Below, piece after piece: positions 1 through 8,623 of a DNA stretch of 32,000 nucleotides. This DNA is from Candidatus Saccharimonadota bacterium (GTDB lineage Bacteria; Bacteroidota; Bacteroidia; Cytophagales; Amoebophilaceae): NCBI RefSeq assembly GCF_936981045.1, contig NZ_OW441264.1:390001-422000 (forward strand). The letters are read 5' to 3'. The position numbers were made by a program, and so were the translations under genes. Each line of letters begins with the position of its first letter. Position 1 is the stretch's first letter. The notes under the pieces were generated by a model. The model was not told the origin of the DNA and did not search any database. It was given only the letters and a program-made list of their open reading frames with translations.

Positions 1-196
1 AAATGCTTCAGTAGCCTTTGATCCATCAAAAATTGTTAGCGTTTATAAAGATGCAATACAGACTCTTAAGCATCAAAATGATGAACTGGCTAAAGCTTCA
101 GGGAAGGCTACCGTTGAGCGAGATTGGGCAGTGAGAAAGCTAAAGAGCTTGGATGTATTAAATAAGAAAAGTCTTGTTAGATCCAAGCTTCCCAAC
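1..196 (+). pseudogene. IS3-family transposase internal fragment, cut off at its 3' side by an IS256-type end
   Basis: nt 1-196 align base-for-base (with scattered substitutions) with 27605-27806 of the longer IS3 copy (..AFDPSK..YK..LKHQND.LAKA.GKATVE.DWAV.KLKSLD.LNK.SLVRSKLPN). Homology stops where GGGTCTTTTGTTTTAAGTGTGTAAAT begins. Confidence 0.8.
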
Positions 197-197
197 C

Positions 198-283
198 GGG
201 TCTTTTGTTTTAAGTGTGTAAATATTTTTTAGGATTTATCTTTACCTAAATCATAACACTTAAAACAATGAAAGGAAAAGAGA
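198..283 (+). mobile_element. IS256-family left-end fragment (IRL, 5' leader and first ~5 codons), truncated by IS6 copy 1
   Basis: Same GGGTCTTTTGTTTTAAGTGTGTAAATATTTTTTAGGATTTATC...AACAATGAAA leader as the element at 24478. Ends abruptly at the GGTTCTGTCGCG repeat of the IS6 copy. Confidence 0.8.
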
Positions 284-1116
284 GGTTCTGTCGCGTCTAT
301 AGTTTTTTTAGTATAGGTTTTTCGTTTAAGTCAAATTTTGGATATTATGCGGCCATTAAGATAGCAAAGTTTTCAAAAGTAGAAAGATGATTTTTAGCTC
401 CTCTTACTTGTCCTTTTTGAATCATACGAATGTTTTCTATCCCTGAAATAGTAATGGAAGCAGAATAAAAATTCTTAAAACCCAGCATAGGTTTTATCCG
501 TTTTTTGATAAACCTATGATCTTGTTCAACTCTATTATTCAAATATTTGTTTTGCAATATTTGAATGGTATGATCTTGATCAAGATCTGTATTGATCGCA
601 TCAAGGGCAGCTTTATTACTACCGCTTTTGTCAATTACTACTTTCTTAGGAATATTATTTTCTGTGATCGCCTTTCGAAAAAAAGAAAGCGTTGAAGACT
701 TGTCTCTATGCTCAGATAGAAAAAAGTCAACTGTATCACCATAACGATCTACTGCTCTATATAAATAGATCCACTTCCCGTTTAGTTTAACATAGGTTTC
801 ATCCATTCTCCAACTACTACCAACTGGTCGTTTTCTTTTTCTTACTGCTTTATCTATCAGAGGAACAAACTTAATAACCCATCTCTGTAGCGTAGAATGA
901 TCAACTCTTGCGCCTCTCATACGCATCATCTCTTCCAAATCTCTATAGCTCAAGGAAAAACGACACTTCATGTATACAAATAACAGGATGACTTCTGATG
1001 AAGAACAATAACCTTTAAAATATGGTAATAACTCGGGAGAAATATTAAACATAATAACTACTTTTTTAAATACCGATACTAAAATAATCATTTTTTAGAA
1101 TAAACGCGACAGAACC
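284..1116 (-). mobile_element. IS6-family (IS26-like) insertion sequence, copy 1, 833 bp
   Basis: Bounded by GGTTCTGTCGCGT (284) and its reverse complement ACGCGACAGAACC (ending 1116). Single transposase ORF. Same length and ends as the copies at 3779, 19024 and 21655. Differs from them by about 5 substitutions. Confidence 0.92.
345..1091 (-). CDS. IS6-family DDE transposase (true start probably the internal MFNISPELL Met at 1052, giving ~235 aa)
   Basis: 248-aa ORF. HTH-like N-terminus (DLEEMMRMRGARVDHSTLQRWV), WRMDETYVK.NGKW.YLYRAVD and a later D/E region typical of IS26-type Tnp. Size matches IS6-family transposases. Confidence 0.9.
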   Translation of the reverse strand: MIILVSVFKKVVIMFNISPELLPYFKGYCSSSEVILLFVYMKCRFSLSYRDLEEMMRMRGARVDHSTLQRWVIKFVPLIDKAVRKRKRPVGSSWRMDETYVKLNGKWIYLYRAVDRYGDTVDFFLSEHRDKSSTLSFFRKAITENNIPKKVVIDKSGSNKAALDAINTDLDQDHTIQILQNKYLNNRVEQDHRFIKKRIKPMLGFKNFYSASITISGIENIRMIQKGQVRGAKNHLSTFENFAILMAA

Positions 1117-1121
1117 CAAAA

Positions 1122-1997
1122 TTATACTATCGACCTATCACAACAGACTCGGTCTATTGATTGCGTATCGTTCACTAGGTTAATTTCTATAGGGGTTTGC
1201 CCAAATAGTTTCTTGCTGGCATTTTTAAAAGATGGGGTTAGTGCAGTTGCCATAAAACGATCAAGTGGTGTTCTTTCTGTGGTGTTTAAGAGATTATGTG
1301 CAGTTAAAAATTTTTTGACTGCTAATGCGGTAAGTTTTGCTACATCTATTATTTCAATTTCTTTTGGATAATGCGCCCTGACAAAACTTTTTAATGCTTT
1401 TTCTAAAAATATATAATGTGTACAAGCTGGGATCAGTGCATCTAAATGCGGGGGAGCGATTTGATTTAAATAATGATCTAATAAAAGGTGATCTATCTTG
1501 CTCCCATTGAAACAAGCTTCTACCATAGGCACCAGTAGGGGAGTGGCTAGAGCAGTAAGTCTAATGCCAGTGGTGCGCAATCGTTCTGCATAGATGCCAT
1601 TTGATACGGTATAGTGGGTACCTATAAGACCGACCTGGTTATAACGGTTGGTTGCATTAATATAGGTTATTACTGGGTCAATGACATTGATGATATCAAT
1701 TTCTGCTCCTATGGCTTTAAGATAAGATGGCAAAAACCGATCTGCAGCAGCAGTGGCAGTGTTACAAGCCATCACCAGCAGCTTATAGTCTTTACTTAAG
1801 CAAAAATTTATTACTTGTGCGATATAGCCACGTAGCGCCATCGATCTCTTTTCACCATAAGGCAAGTTTTTAGTATCTCCGATATAATGAATTGTTTCTT
1901 GTGGTAAAAGTGCTTTGATGACGCTAGCAATGGCCAAACCCCCTATGCCGCTGTCGTAAATGGCAATAGGGGCATGCTTATAGGTATCGGAACACAC
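1122..1997 (-). CDS. murI: glutamate racemase
   Basis: IAIYDSGIGGL, GDT.N.PYGEKS and the VMACNTATAAA motif with the catalytic Cys. 291-aa ORF with a GTG start. Stop lies 5 nt from the IS6 end. Confidence 0.88.
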   Translation of the reverse strand: MCSDTYKHAPIAIYDSGIGGLAIASVIKALLPQETIHYIGDTKNLPYGEKRSMALRGYIAQVINFCLSKDYKLLVMACNTATAAADRFLPSYLKAIGAEIDIINVIDPVITYINATNRYNQVGLIGTHYTVSNGIYAERLRTTGIRLTALATPLLVPMVEACFNGSKIDHLLLDHYLNQIAPPHLDALIPACTHYIFLEKALKSFVRAHYPKEIEIIDVAKLTALAVKKFLTAHNLLNTTERTPLDRFMATALTPSFKNASKKLFGQTPIEINLVNDTQSIDRVCCDRSIV

Positions 1998-2094
1998 AAT
2001 AGAAAAGGTGGCTACTAGGGCTTAATAAATAATACAAAAAAATGACGCAACTGCGGCCCTACAACAGAATATTGTTCCAACCAGGTAAACAACG

Positions 2095-2168
2095 TGGGCC
2101 CACCAGGACTTGAACCTGGGACCTGCTGATTATGAGTCAGATGCTCTAACCAACTGAGCTATGGGCCC
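2095..2168 (-). tRNA. tRNA with CAT anticodon (elongator Met or lysidine-modified Ile2; not the initiator)
   Basis: Reverse complement reads GGGCCCA-TA-GCTC-AGTTGGTTA-GAGC-A-TCTGA-CTCATAA-TCAGC-AGGTC-CCAGG-TTCAAGT-CCTGG-TGGGCCC-A, a full cloverleaf. No GGG/CCC anticodon stem and no 1:72 mismatch, so not fMet. The GGTTCAAGTCC T-arm resembles Ile tRNAs. Confidence 0.9.
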
Positions 2169-2305
2169 CTATAAGCAACCTACTGCTCCAAAGAAACCTC
2201 GGCGATAAAGCGAACAACACTTTACAATACTACGCCTTTTTTTATAAAAAACCAGGGCCTGTGTTGTATCTTTGGATAGATTTTGATCTAGTTACGCTTG
2301 TAATA

Positions 2306-2547
2306 ACGTGAGTTCGGGATTAGATTATTTTTTCATTTGATAATCAATATAAATGAAAATTTATTAAATTTGTTTTATTAGACAGTTAAATAGGTAGTTG
2401 AATAACAAATAATTCTGGTAATCAGTTTATTATATATATTATATTTATAAAATTTAGATATAAAAACTTGTTAAATAGGTGCAAATATTAACTAAATAAT
2501 TGATATTAAATTGTTGTAAATCAGTCAAATAAATCCCGAACTCACGT
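2306..2547 (-). mobile_element. MITE (non-autonomous IS982-type element), copy 1, inverted relative to the other copies
   Basis: ACGTGAGTTCGGGATT ... AATCCCGAACTCACGT terminal inverted repeats, AT-rich non-coding interior, flanked by a 5-bp direct repeat TAATA. Confidence 0.88.
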
Positions 2548-2695
2548 TAATAGCTAAATTTGCCTATGGCATAACCATTTCATCCATCTGTTCGGTAAGG
2601 ATTATTTTTAGTTGTTTTTGTATTTTACTTATTTTTTTTAAACTTTAGGAAATACTTAACTTAGTGCTATATTTTTTACTGCTCTATTTTCAATT

Positions 2696-3373
2696 TTGCC
2701 TATGCGTTATTTTATATACTTGTTATCTTCTTGGAAGAAATCTTTAATAGCTATTGTTCCATTATGTCTATTGTGGGCTTCAACTTGCCCTTCTGAGAAA
2801 AAAGAAAGCGAAACTTTGCATCCCCGTTGGGAGGTGATTAATATTTCAGAGGATAATTTGGATAAAGATAAGTGTACCATTACCAAATGTCGTTTAGGGG
2901 CCTTGCGTTTTCATGTTACGGATCGTCAAAAATGTTTTAATTCAAACGATTCTTGTGCAGAATCTGAAAATAATATTGTAGATACGCAGGATACAGAAGA
3001 AAATAATTGGGTGTTAACGCCTAATTTTTATGGCAGCGTGACAAAGGAAAAATTTCCTAAAACTATGCAAACGGGCATGAAGTATAAGTTTAAGCCTAAC
3101 CTTAGTAAGGAATATGGTATCCCGTTCTCCTTTTTAGAGGAATGGTTGGCGGTAGACCCTATCGATTATAAAGACGTTATATTGATTATTGCTACAGGAA
3201 TAGGAGGTAAGTTAGGTGTCAGTGAACCACTAGAAAAGGCCTTAGAAGATAAAAAAGGAAAGGGTGCAATTCGAGATTATCGAATGCTAACGACTAAGGG
3301 TGCTATAATAAGACATAACCAATATGTTAAAGAAGGGAAAAAGGTCTTTACTTTTATCCATACTGCTGGGTAG
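2696..3373 (+). CDS. hypothetical exported/lipoprotein-like protein; C-terminal ~70 aa resemble the Mth938/DUF498 fold
   Basis: Hydrophobic N-terminal segment ending LLWASTC (Cys after a signal-like helix). C-terminus DVILIIATGIGGKLGVSEPLEKALEDK..YRMLTTKGAIIRHNQYVKEGKKVFTFIHTAG matches the pattern I recall for Mth938-domain proteins. TTG at 2696, ATG at 2702. Confidence 0.6.
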   Translation: MPMRYFIYLLSSWKKSLIAIVPLCLLWASTCPSEKKESETLHPRWEVINISEDNLDKDKCTITKCRLGALRFHVTDRQKCFNSNDSCAESENNIVDTQDTEENNWVLTPNFYGSVTKEKFPKTMQTGMKYKFKPNLSKEYGIPFSFLEEWLAVDPIDYKDVILIIATGIGGKLGVSEPLEKALEDKKGKGAIRDYRMLTTKGAIIRHNQYVKEGKKVFTFIHTAG

Positions 3374-3407
3374 TTGCTTTTTAGCATCTAATAAGTATAT
3401 CAGTATC

Positions 3408-3778
3408 GGGTCTTTTGTTTTAAGTGTGTAAATATATTTCGGATTATATATTTAGATAAACTAAAATACTTAAAACAATGAAAAGAAAAGAGACAGTTAA
3501 AGATGGGATAAGCAAGTCCATAGATGTACTGATAGACTCAGGTGTAGAGCTATCGACCCTATTTGATCAAGGCGGCTTACTCAAACAATTAAGGAAATGT
3601 CTTGTAGAAAAAGCATTAGCATCAGAAATGGATAACCATTTAGATTATAACAAATATGCAGGTAGTGATTCAGATAATGCTCATAATGACTTGTCTAGTA
3701 AGCAAATTATCACTGATAATGGGGTTATATCGGTTGAGGTCCCTAGAGATAGATTATCCACTTTTGAACCTGTTTTAT
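3408..3778 (+). pseudogene. IS256-family 5' fragment (IRL plus first ~100 codons of the transposase), truncated by IS6 copy 2
   Basis: Near-identical to 11475-11845 of the intact copy. The ORF at 3478 reads MKRKETVKDGISK...STFEPVL, then runs into the IS6 repeat at 3779. Confidence 0.9.
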
Positions 3779-4611
3779 GGTTCTGTCGCGTCTATAGTTT
3801 TCTTAGTATAGGTTTTTCGTTTAAGTCAAATTTTGGATATTATGCGGCCATTAAGATAGCAAAGTTCTCAAAAGTAGAAAGATGATTTTTAGCTCCTCTT
3901 ACTTGTCCTTTTTGAATCATACGAATGTTTTCTATCCCTGAAATAGTAATGGAAGCAGAATAAAAATTCTTAAAACCCAGCATAGGTTTTATCCGTTTTT
4001 TGATAAACCTATGATCTTGTTCAACTCTATTATTCAAATATTTGTTTTGCAATATTTGAATGGTATGATCTTGATCAAGATCTGTATTGATCGCGTCAAG
4101 GGCAGCTTTATTACTACCGCTTTTGTCAATTACTACTTTCTTAGGAATATTATTTTCTGTGATCGCCTTTCGAAAAAAAGAAAGCGTTGAAGACTTGTCT
4201 CTATGCTCAGATAGAAAAAAGTCAACTGTATCACCATAACGATCTACTGCTCTATATAAATAGATCCACTTCCCGTTTAGTTTAACATAGGTTTCATCCA
4301 TTCTCCAACTACTACCAATTGGTCGTTTTCTTTTTCTTACTGCTTTATCTATCAGAGGAACAAACTTAATAACCCATCTCTGTAGCGTAGAATGATCAAC
4401 TCTTGCGCCTCTCATACGCATCATCTCTTCCAAATCTCTATAGCTCAAGGAAAAACGACACTTCATGTATACAAATAACAGGATGACTTCTGATGAAGAA
4501 CAATAACCTTTAAAATATGGTAATAACTCGGGAGAAATATTAAACATAATAACTACTTTTGTAAATACCGATACTAAAATAATCATTTTTTAGAATAAAC
4601 GCGACAGAACC
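3779..4611 (-). mobile_element. IS6-family insertion sequence, copy 2, 833 bp
   Basis: Same terminal repeats and offsets as copy 1. Transposase translation identical to copies 3 and 4. Confidence 0.92.
3840..4586 (-). CDS. IS6-family DDE transposase
   Basis: 248-aa ORF identical to those at 19085 and 21680. Confidence 0.9.
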   Translation of the reverse strand: MIILVSVFTKVVIMFNISPELLPYFKGYCSSSEVILLFVYMKCRFSLSYRDLEEMMRMRGARVDHSTLQRWVIKFVPLIDKAVRKRKRPIGSSWRMDETYVKLNGKWIYLYRAVDRYGDTVDFFLSEHRDKSSTLSFFRKAITENNIPKKVVIDKSGSNKAALDAINTDLDQDHTIQILQNKYLNNRVEQDHRFIKKRIKPMLGFKNFYSASITISGIENIRMIQKGQVRGAKNHLSTFENFAILMAA

Positions 4612-4878
4612 GTATTGGATACCTTATAACTCAATATGGCTTTACTGTGCCAATCTATAATAGCTGAGAGGTAGATAAACCCAATACTGGTGCGAATATA
4701 AGTAATATCCTCACTCCAAACTTGATTCGGTTTAGGTACATGCACCTGCTTTGTTGTACCAGCGTTGACCCAATATTTATCCAACAAGTAACTATATACG
4801 AACTATGTTAAAAAACAAATCTGATCGTAGAAATTTTTATAATTATTTGGTTCATTAATCTCAAACAAGAGCGCTTTA
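4612..4878 (-). pseudogene. IS3-family orfB (integrase-core) fragment, truncated by IS6 copy 2 and separated from its upstream part by an IS110 insertion
   Basis: Minus-strand translation ..KRSCLRLMNQ.. then (after a stop) ..PKPNQVWSEDITYIRTSIGFIYLSAIIDWHSKAILSYKVSN. This is the PNQ.W..DITYI...G..YL..IID motif of IS3 OrfB. Confidence 0.75.
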
Positions 4879-5991
4879 AGATGCTCCTAAAAGTCTTCTC
4901 TTAACTGCTAAGAAGTTACTTTCAGCTTAGAAAGGTACCCATCAATATAGCAAGTATAGTCCCTAAGAATAGCAAACACTTTTCTAATCAGTTTATTAGC
5001 GACAGCAATAAGCGCCACTTTCCCAGGTTTTCTTCTGGCTTTTAATCTCTCATAAAATGTTTTACACGCCTTATTAAACCGTATAGCAGACCAAGAAGCC
5101 ATATAGAGCAAAGAACGCAGCTGGGAGTTCCCATGACGGTTGATATGCCCCTTCTTCCTTATGGAAGAGCCTGAATGCTCATAACTAGGAGCTAAGCCAA
5201 TGAACTTAGAGAACTGTTTGGCCCTTTGAAAATGCTGCCCCCCTCCAGTGGAAACAATAAGCTGCAGAGCGGTTCTATCTCCAATGCCCTTAATAGAACT
5301 AATGCGCTTATAGAGCTCATTATAGCTCTCCTGGGTGATAGAAAGCATTTGTTGCTCCAGAAGCTCTATCTGTTCTTCCAGGCAGGCTATAGTTTCCTTG
5401 AGTGTTCTTAAGGCGAAGTCATCTGCTTGAGGCAACACATTAAAAGACTCTAGCAGATTATAGAACATAATAAGTTGTTTTTTTAGCTGAACAAGAAGCT
5501 TTTTTTGTTGATTTAACCCTTGTATATTTTGGGGAAGCATTCTGTAAGGGGCAGGCTGCATCTTTTCTCCATAAAGGGCAATAAGTTAGGCATCTACCTT
5601 ATCGGTTTTGGTTATAACTAGCATCATCCGAGCAAAATGTTTGATTTGCTTGGGATTGACCATCGACACAACTATTTCATGCTCTGTAAGTATCTGCAGT
5701 AATAAAGCGCCATAGTTGTCTGTGACTTCTAAGACACAGTGATGCGTTGTTTTATCAAGTTGAGCTAAAAAGGTTTCAATTCCTTTGGGATCATTCTTAT
5801 AGGTGATAGTAGGTATCCTTTCTCTTGGGGAAAAGCTGCTACAAAGCTGCTTTTTCCTAGGTCAATGCCTATGTATTTCATAACTTATTATATATATACT
5901 ATATCAATTCATCTTTTAAACTAGCGTCGCATATACAGGCTTTAAGGCCTACCGAACTATTCAGTTTTTAAGATGAAAGATCTGAGGGCTC
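4879..5991 (-). mobile_element. IS110-family element (decayed) inserted in an IS3 element; boundaries +/- ~15 bp
   Basis: Contains an IS110-type transposase gene and a ~100-nt non-coding left end homologous to 28013-28108. IS3 sequence resumes on both sides. Confidence 0.75.
4908..5881 (-). pseudogene. IS110-family (DEDD) transposase, inactivated by a 1-nt deletion and an in-frame TAA
   Basis: N-terminus MKYIGIDLGKSSF... is homologous to the ORF at 28109, but GGATACCTACTATCACC lacks one base relative to GGATACCGTACCATCACC. ..KTDKVDA*LIALYGE carries a stop. C-terminal 217-aa ORF has IKGIGDRTALQLI...F.GLAP...SG and the LIAVANKLIR tail typical of IS110 Tnp. Confidence 0.85.
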
Positions 5992-6021
5992 AACGTATTT
6001 AACGGTATCTAATAACCAACC
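5992..6021 (-). pseudogene. short IS3 remnant flanking the IS110 left end
   Basis: Reverse complement AGATACCGTTAAATACGTT matches CGATACCGTTGATTACGTT at 27980-27998. Homology fades within ~30 nt. Confidence 0.45.
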
Positions 6022-6198
6022 TTGTGGCGGCCTTTTTCCAGGTCTTTTTTTATTCTACAAACATACGACCTTATTATCTTTAAGCACGTACTCCCGCATG
6101 GCAACTTTTTACAAGGGGCGTTTTTTTATTTCGTAACATTTCTACACCTCTCAACCAACACTTTTTTATGTGCTTATAAAAAAATAGATGCAAGATAC

Positions 6199-8274
6199 CT
6201 AACAGGTGCCTTCACAGAGCTGTAATGCCTGGTTAGCTGCCTGTACTAATTCTTCTACGATTTTAGCATTCAAATATTTCTTACCAAGTTCAATATCTAT
6301 CGTAAGGGTTTCTTGGGCCATATATTTTACCTCGTCCAGTTGGATATAATCTTTGGCATGACGTAAATCATAAAGTCGTTCAGCAAATTTAATGCAAAGT
6401 ACGTAAAGTTGTTCTCGGTTGATGATTCGTTTGAGACGATTACCCACATAGAGTCCAGATGGCTCCATCTCTTCACGTTTATTGACTGCTACAATACTTT
6501 CTACAAAACGATAGGCTTCCACACTATAATTGGCTTTAATATAAGCAAGTGGTAAACCTGCATAACGTACTAAGCCATACAGCACACTGAAATAAACTAT
6601 CCTTGATTGGTAAGGCACCCATTCTGCTACTAATTGGGCAATACCTAACGCACGTACATAAAGTAATTGTCCTGATGCGTGCCGCCTAAAACCATAACAA
6701 CGCCGTACCAGGAAAAAAAGCTCATCTAATACAATCGTACGCACATCAGCCATCGTGCAAAAACTATTATAGGCTTGCGTTAATGTTACCATAGACGCCT
6801 TAAATTCTCTATAGGAAATAGAAACATCTGAAGGTGGTATTCTGGAAATCATTTCATCCCGTACAGCAGCTGCATTACAAGGCACCACTATAAGCATAGA
6901 TCTTTTAGGAGAAGCCGGAAATTGTAAGTAACCATAGTGGATACGAACGATTCTTTCTATGTTTCGTTTTTCTATATTGGTCCACTCTCCTTCTTCTTGC
7001 ATCACATTGTGCCAATTAAACTCACTACCTACTGTAACATCTTGATAAGCACTTTTAATTGTAGGCAAGGCTTCCTCAGACATAGCAGCATTACTAATGA
7101 CTAGAGCTATAGCAGGAAAGCACACATCTGTAGTATATCTCTCTTCGGAAGGGTCCCTTGGCTCATATTTTAAACAGGTGGTATATAATTGAATGCGTAC
7201 AAACCGATCTTTTGAAGCATCTAGGCTGGCAAGACTTAAAATAACAGGACGCAATAAACAGACCAGCTGGTTTGCATCACATATGATCTTTTGAGGCAGC
7301 TTATCACCTTTGGTCTCTATGACCAACTTTGGCATAGCGCGCGCACTACTTTCAAACTCTAGCGAAACTTCTAACCTTCGGATCAGCTCATCAAGGCTTA
7401 CTTCAATTGGTAGCAAAATGATATGATTGTCAGACTTGGCCCGTTGTTTTAGAAAAATATCCCAAATGACAAAATTCTTGGTAATGATATCTAAATCTTC
7501 TTTATAAAGCGGCCTATCATCTAAATAGGAAATAAAATTTGTGACCTCTTTCATTGTTTGATCTATAGAAGCGTACACTCCCTTTGGATTATTACGAACC
7601 GCCCCTAGGTCCGAGTATAAGCAAGACTCTGTTTGCCTTTGTTCCTGCTCTTCTCTTTGTTGTTCTTCTATTTTATTTTTTAAATAGTAGTCATGATATT
7701 TATAGCCAGCTAGCTTACGCTTATTATAAGCAATAATAAAAAAAATCATTGGGCTTAATCCCAGAAAGGATATTAAGAAACCACTTGATGCCAACAGTTG
7801 CTCCGTGCCCATGTTATAAATGACGTAAAAGAGCACTAATAATGTAAAGAAGACTAGCTTCATGCCTATATACAAGGGCAATACAAATAAGGTTACAGCC
7901 AAATGGGCTATAGATAAGGCTAACGCAAAAGCAGATGGAGGTTGAGTCAGACCTGACCAATTCCAAAGCACATTTATAGGAAGACAAAAAACTACACTCA
8001 TTAACCAACGTCGCCCAATTTTCCAGGATGGAATTTCTTTCTTAGAATCGATTGCATAACCTATAAGCGAAATAGCCGTAATAAATTGAAGTAGGTACCA
8101 GTAGATAAAGCGATCATTTATATAATCTAATACAGTAGTGCATATAACATAACACCCCATACATCCCATTATAGCATCACTTGGCTTAAGCTTAGCCAAC
8201 CTTTCTTTTGTAAAAGAAGATTTCAGCAACAACAAGATTAATATTGTAACAAAAGGTAGAATATTAAATGACAT
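6199..8274 (-). CDS. multi-pass membrane protein, paralog 1 (P1): TM region, coiled-coil linker, degenerate histidine-kinase-like core, degenerate RelA/SpoT-HD-like C-terminus (hypothetical)
   Basis: 691-aa ORF with ATG start. About six hydrophobic helices in residues 1-185. EEQQREEQEQRQ linker. Collinear homology to the 724-aa ORF at 12930 throughout. Domain calls are by-eye motif alignment (see findings). Confidence 0.85.
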   Translation of the reverse strand: MSFNILPFVTILILLLLKSSFTKERLAKLKPSDAIMGCMGCYVICTTVLDYINDRFIYWYLLQFITAISLIGYAIDSKKEIPSWKIGRRWLMSVVFCLPINVLWNWSGLTQPPSAFALALSIAHLAVTLFVLPLYIGMKLVFFTLLVLFYVIYNMGTEQLLASSGFLISFLGLSPMIFFIIAYNKRKLAGYKYHDYYLKNKIEEQQREEQEQRQTESCLYSDLGAVRNNPKGVYASIDQTMKEVTNFISYLDDRPLYKEDLDIITKNFVIWDIFLKQRAKSDNHIILLPIEVSLDELIRRLEVSLEFESSARAMPKLVIETKGDKLPQKIICDANQLVCLLRPVILSLASLDASKDRFVRIQLYTTCLKYEPRDPSEERYTTDVCFPAIALVISNAAMSEEALPTIKSAYQDVTVGSEFNWHNVMQEEGEWTNIEKRNIERIVRIHYGYLQFPASPKRSMLIVVPCNAAAVRDEMISRIPPSDVSISYREFKASMVTLTQAYNSFCTMADVRTIVLDELFFLVRRCYGFRRHASGQLLYVRALGIAQLVAEWVPYQSRIVYFSVLYGLVRYAGLPLAYIKANYSVEAYRFVESIVAVNKREEMEPSGLYVGNRLKRIINREQLYVLCIKFAERLYDLRHAKDYIQLDEVKYMAQETLTIDIELGKKYLNAKIVEELVQAANQALQLCEGTC

Positions 8275-8485
8275 TATGACCTTTTAATAAAATCAAATCA
8301 AAAACCAAAAATTATACTAAATTGTCCCAGAGAACGGGCCAGAGGCTAATTATAAAACCAAGTTTCAAGTATAGAACGTTCTATGATCTTACCCAAGATA
8401 TAAAAAGCCTACGTAGCCCTAATATATGAAATAAAACTTGAGCCATAAAAAGCGGATCATTACTTACTTTTTCCAATTAAATTAA

Positions 8486-8493
8486 TACATTTG
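8486..8493 (+). promoter_or_regulatory. candidate Bacteroidota-type -7 promoter element (TACATTTG = TAnnTTTG) upstream of tRNA-Gln
   Basis: Exact TAnnTTTG match 22 nt upstream of the tRNA 5' end. No clean TTTG -33 partner seen. Confidence 0.3.
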
Positions 8494-8514
8494 TAGTTGT
8501 ATGCAGTCAGTTAC

Positions 8515-8586
8515 TGTCCGGTAGTGTAACGGCAACACGTCTGGTTTTGGTCCAGAAGACTCTAGGTTCGACCCCTAGCCGGACAA
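8515..8586 (+). tRNA. tRNA-Gln (anticodon TTG)
   Basis: TGTCCGG-TA-GTGT-AACGGCA-ACAC-G-TCTGG-TTTTGGT-CCAGA-AGACT-CTAGG-TTCGACC-CCTAG-CCGGACA-A, a complete cloverleaf with a 7-nt anticodon loop around TTG. Confidence 0.92.
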
Positions 8587-8623
8587 CTTCCAGAACAACG
8601 CTCATACTAAATTAATAATTAAG

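Noticed and set aside
1614-1799. Short ORFs antisense to, or out of frame within, clear genes: 1614-1799, 5226-5411, 7814-8008, 13319-13525, 13829-14056, 15419-15676, 17656-17853, 20234-20416, 20254-20466, 23625-23855, 24726-24917, 26671-26874, 28870-29058
   Set aside because: Each lies wholly inside or overlapping a longer ORF with recognisable family motifs. They have low-complexity or Cys/Phe/Leu-rich translations typical of shadow frames in AT-rich DNA, and no motifs of their own.
3478-3885. 135-aa ORF that looks like a complete small gene
   Set aside because: It is a chimera. The first ~100 codons are the IS256 transposase N-terminus. The remainder is read-through into the terminal repeat and non-coding end of IS6 copy 2.
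4590-4787. 65-aa ORF annotated by the track as ending at 4590
   Set aside because: Its last codons run into the IS6 terminal repeat (4611 and below). Only 4612-4787 is IS3 orfB sequence, so it is reported as a pseudogene fragment instead.
6022-6225. 67-aa ORF downstream of P1, and the similar 83-aa ORF at 15125-15376 downstream of P2
   Set aside because: Both overlap the intergenic repeat family R and the 3' ends of real genes. The translations are low complexity. Their similarity to each other is explained by the duplicated non-coding repeat.
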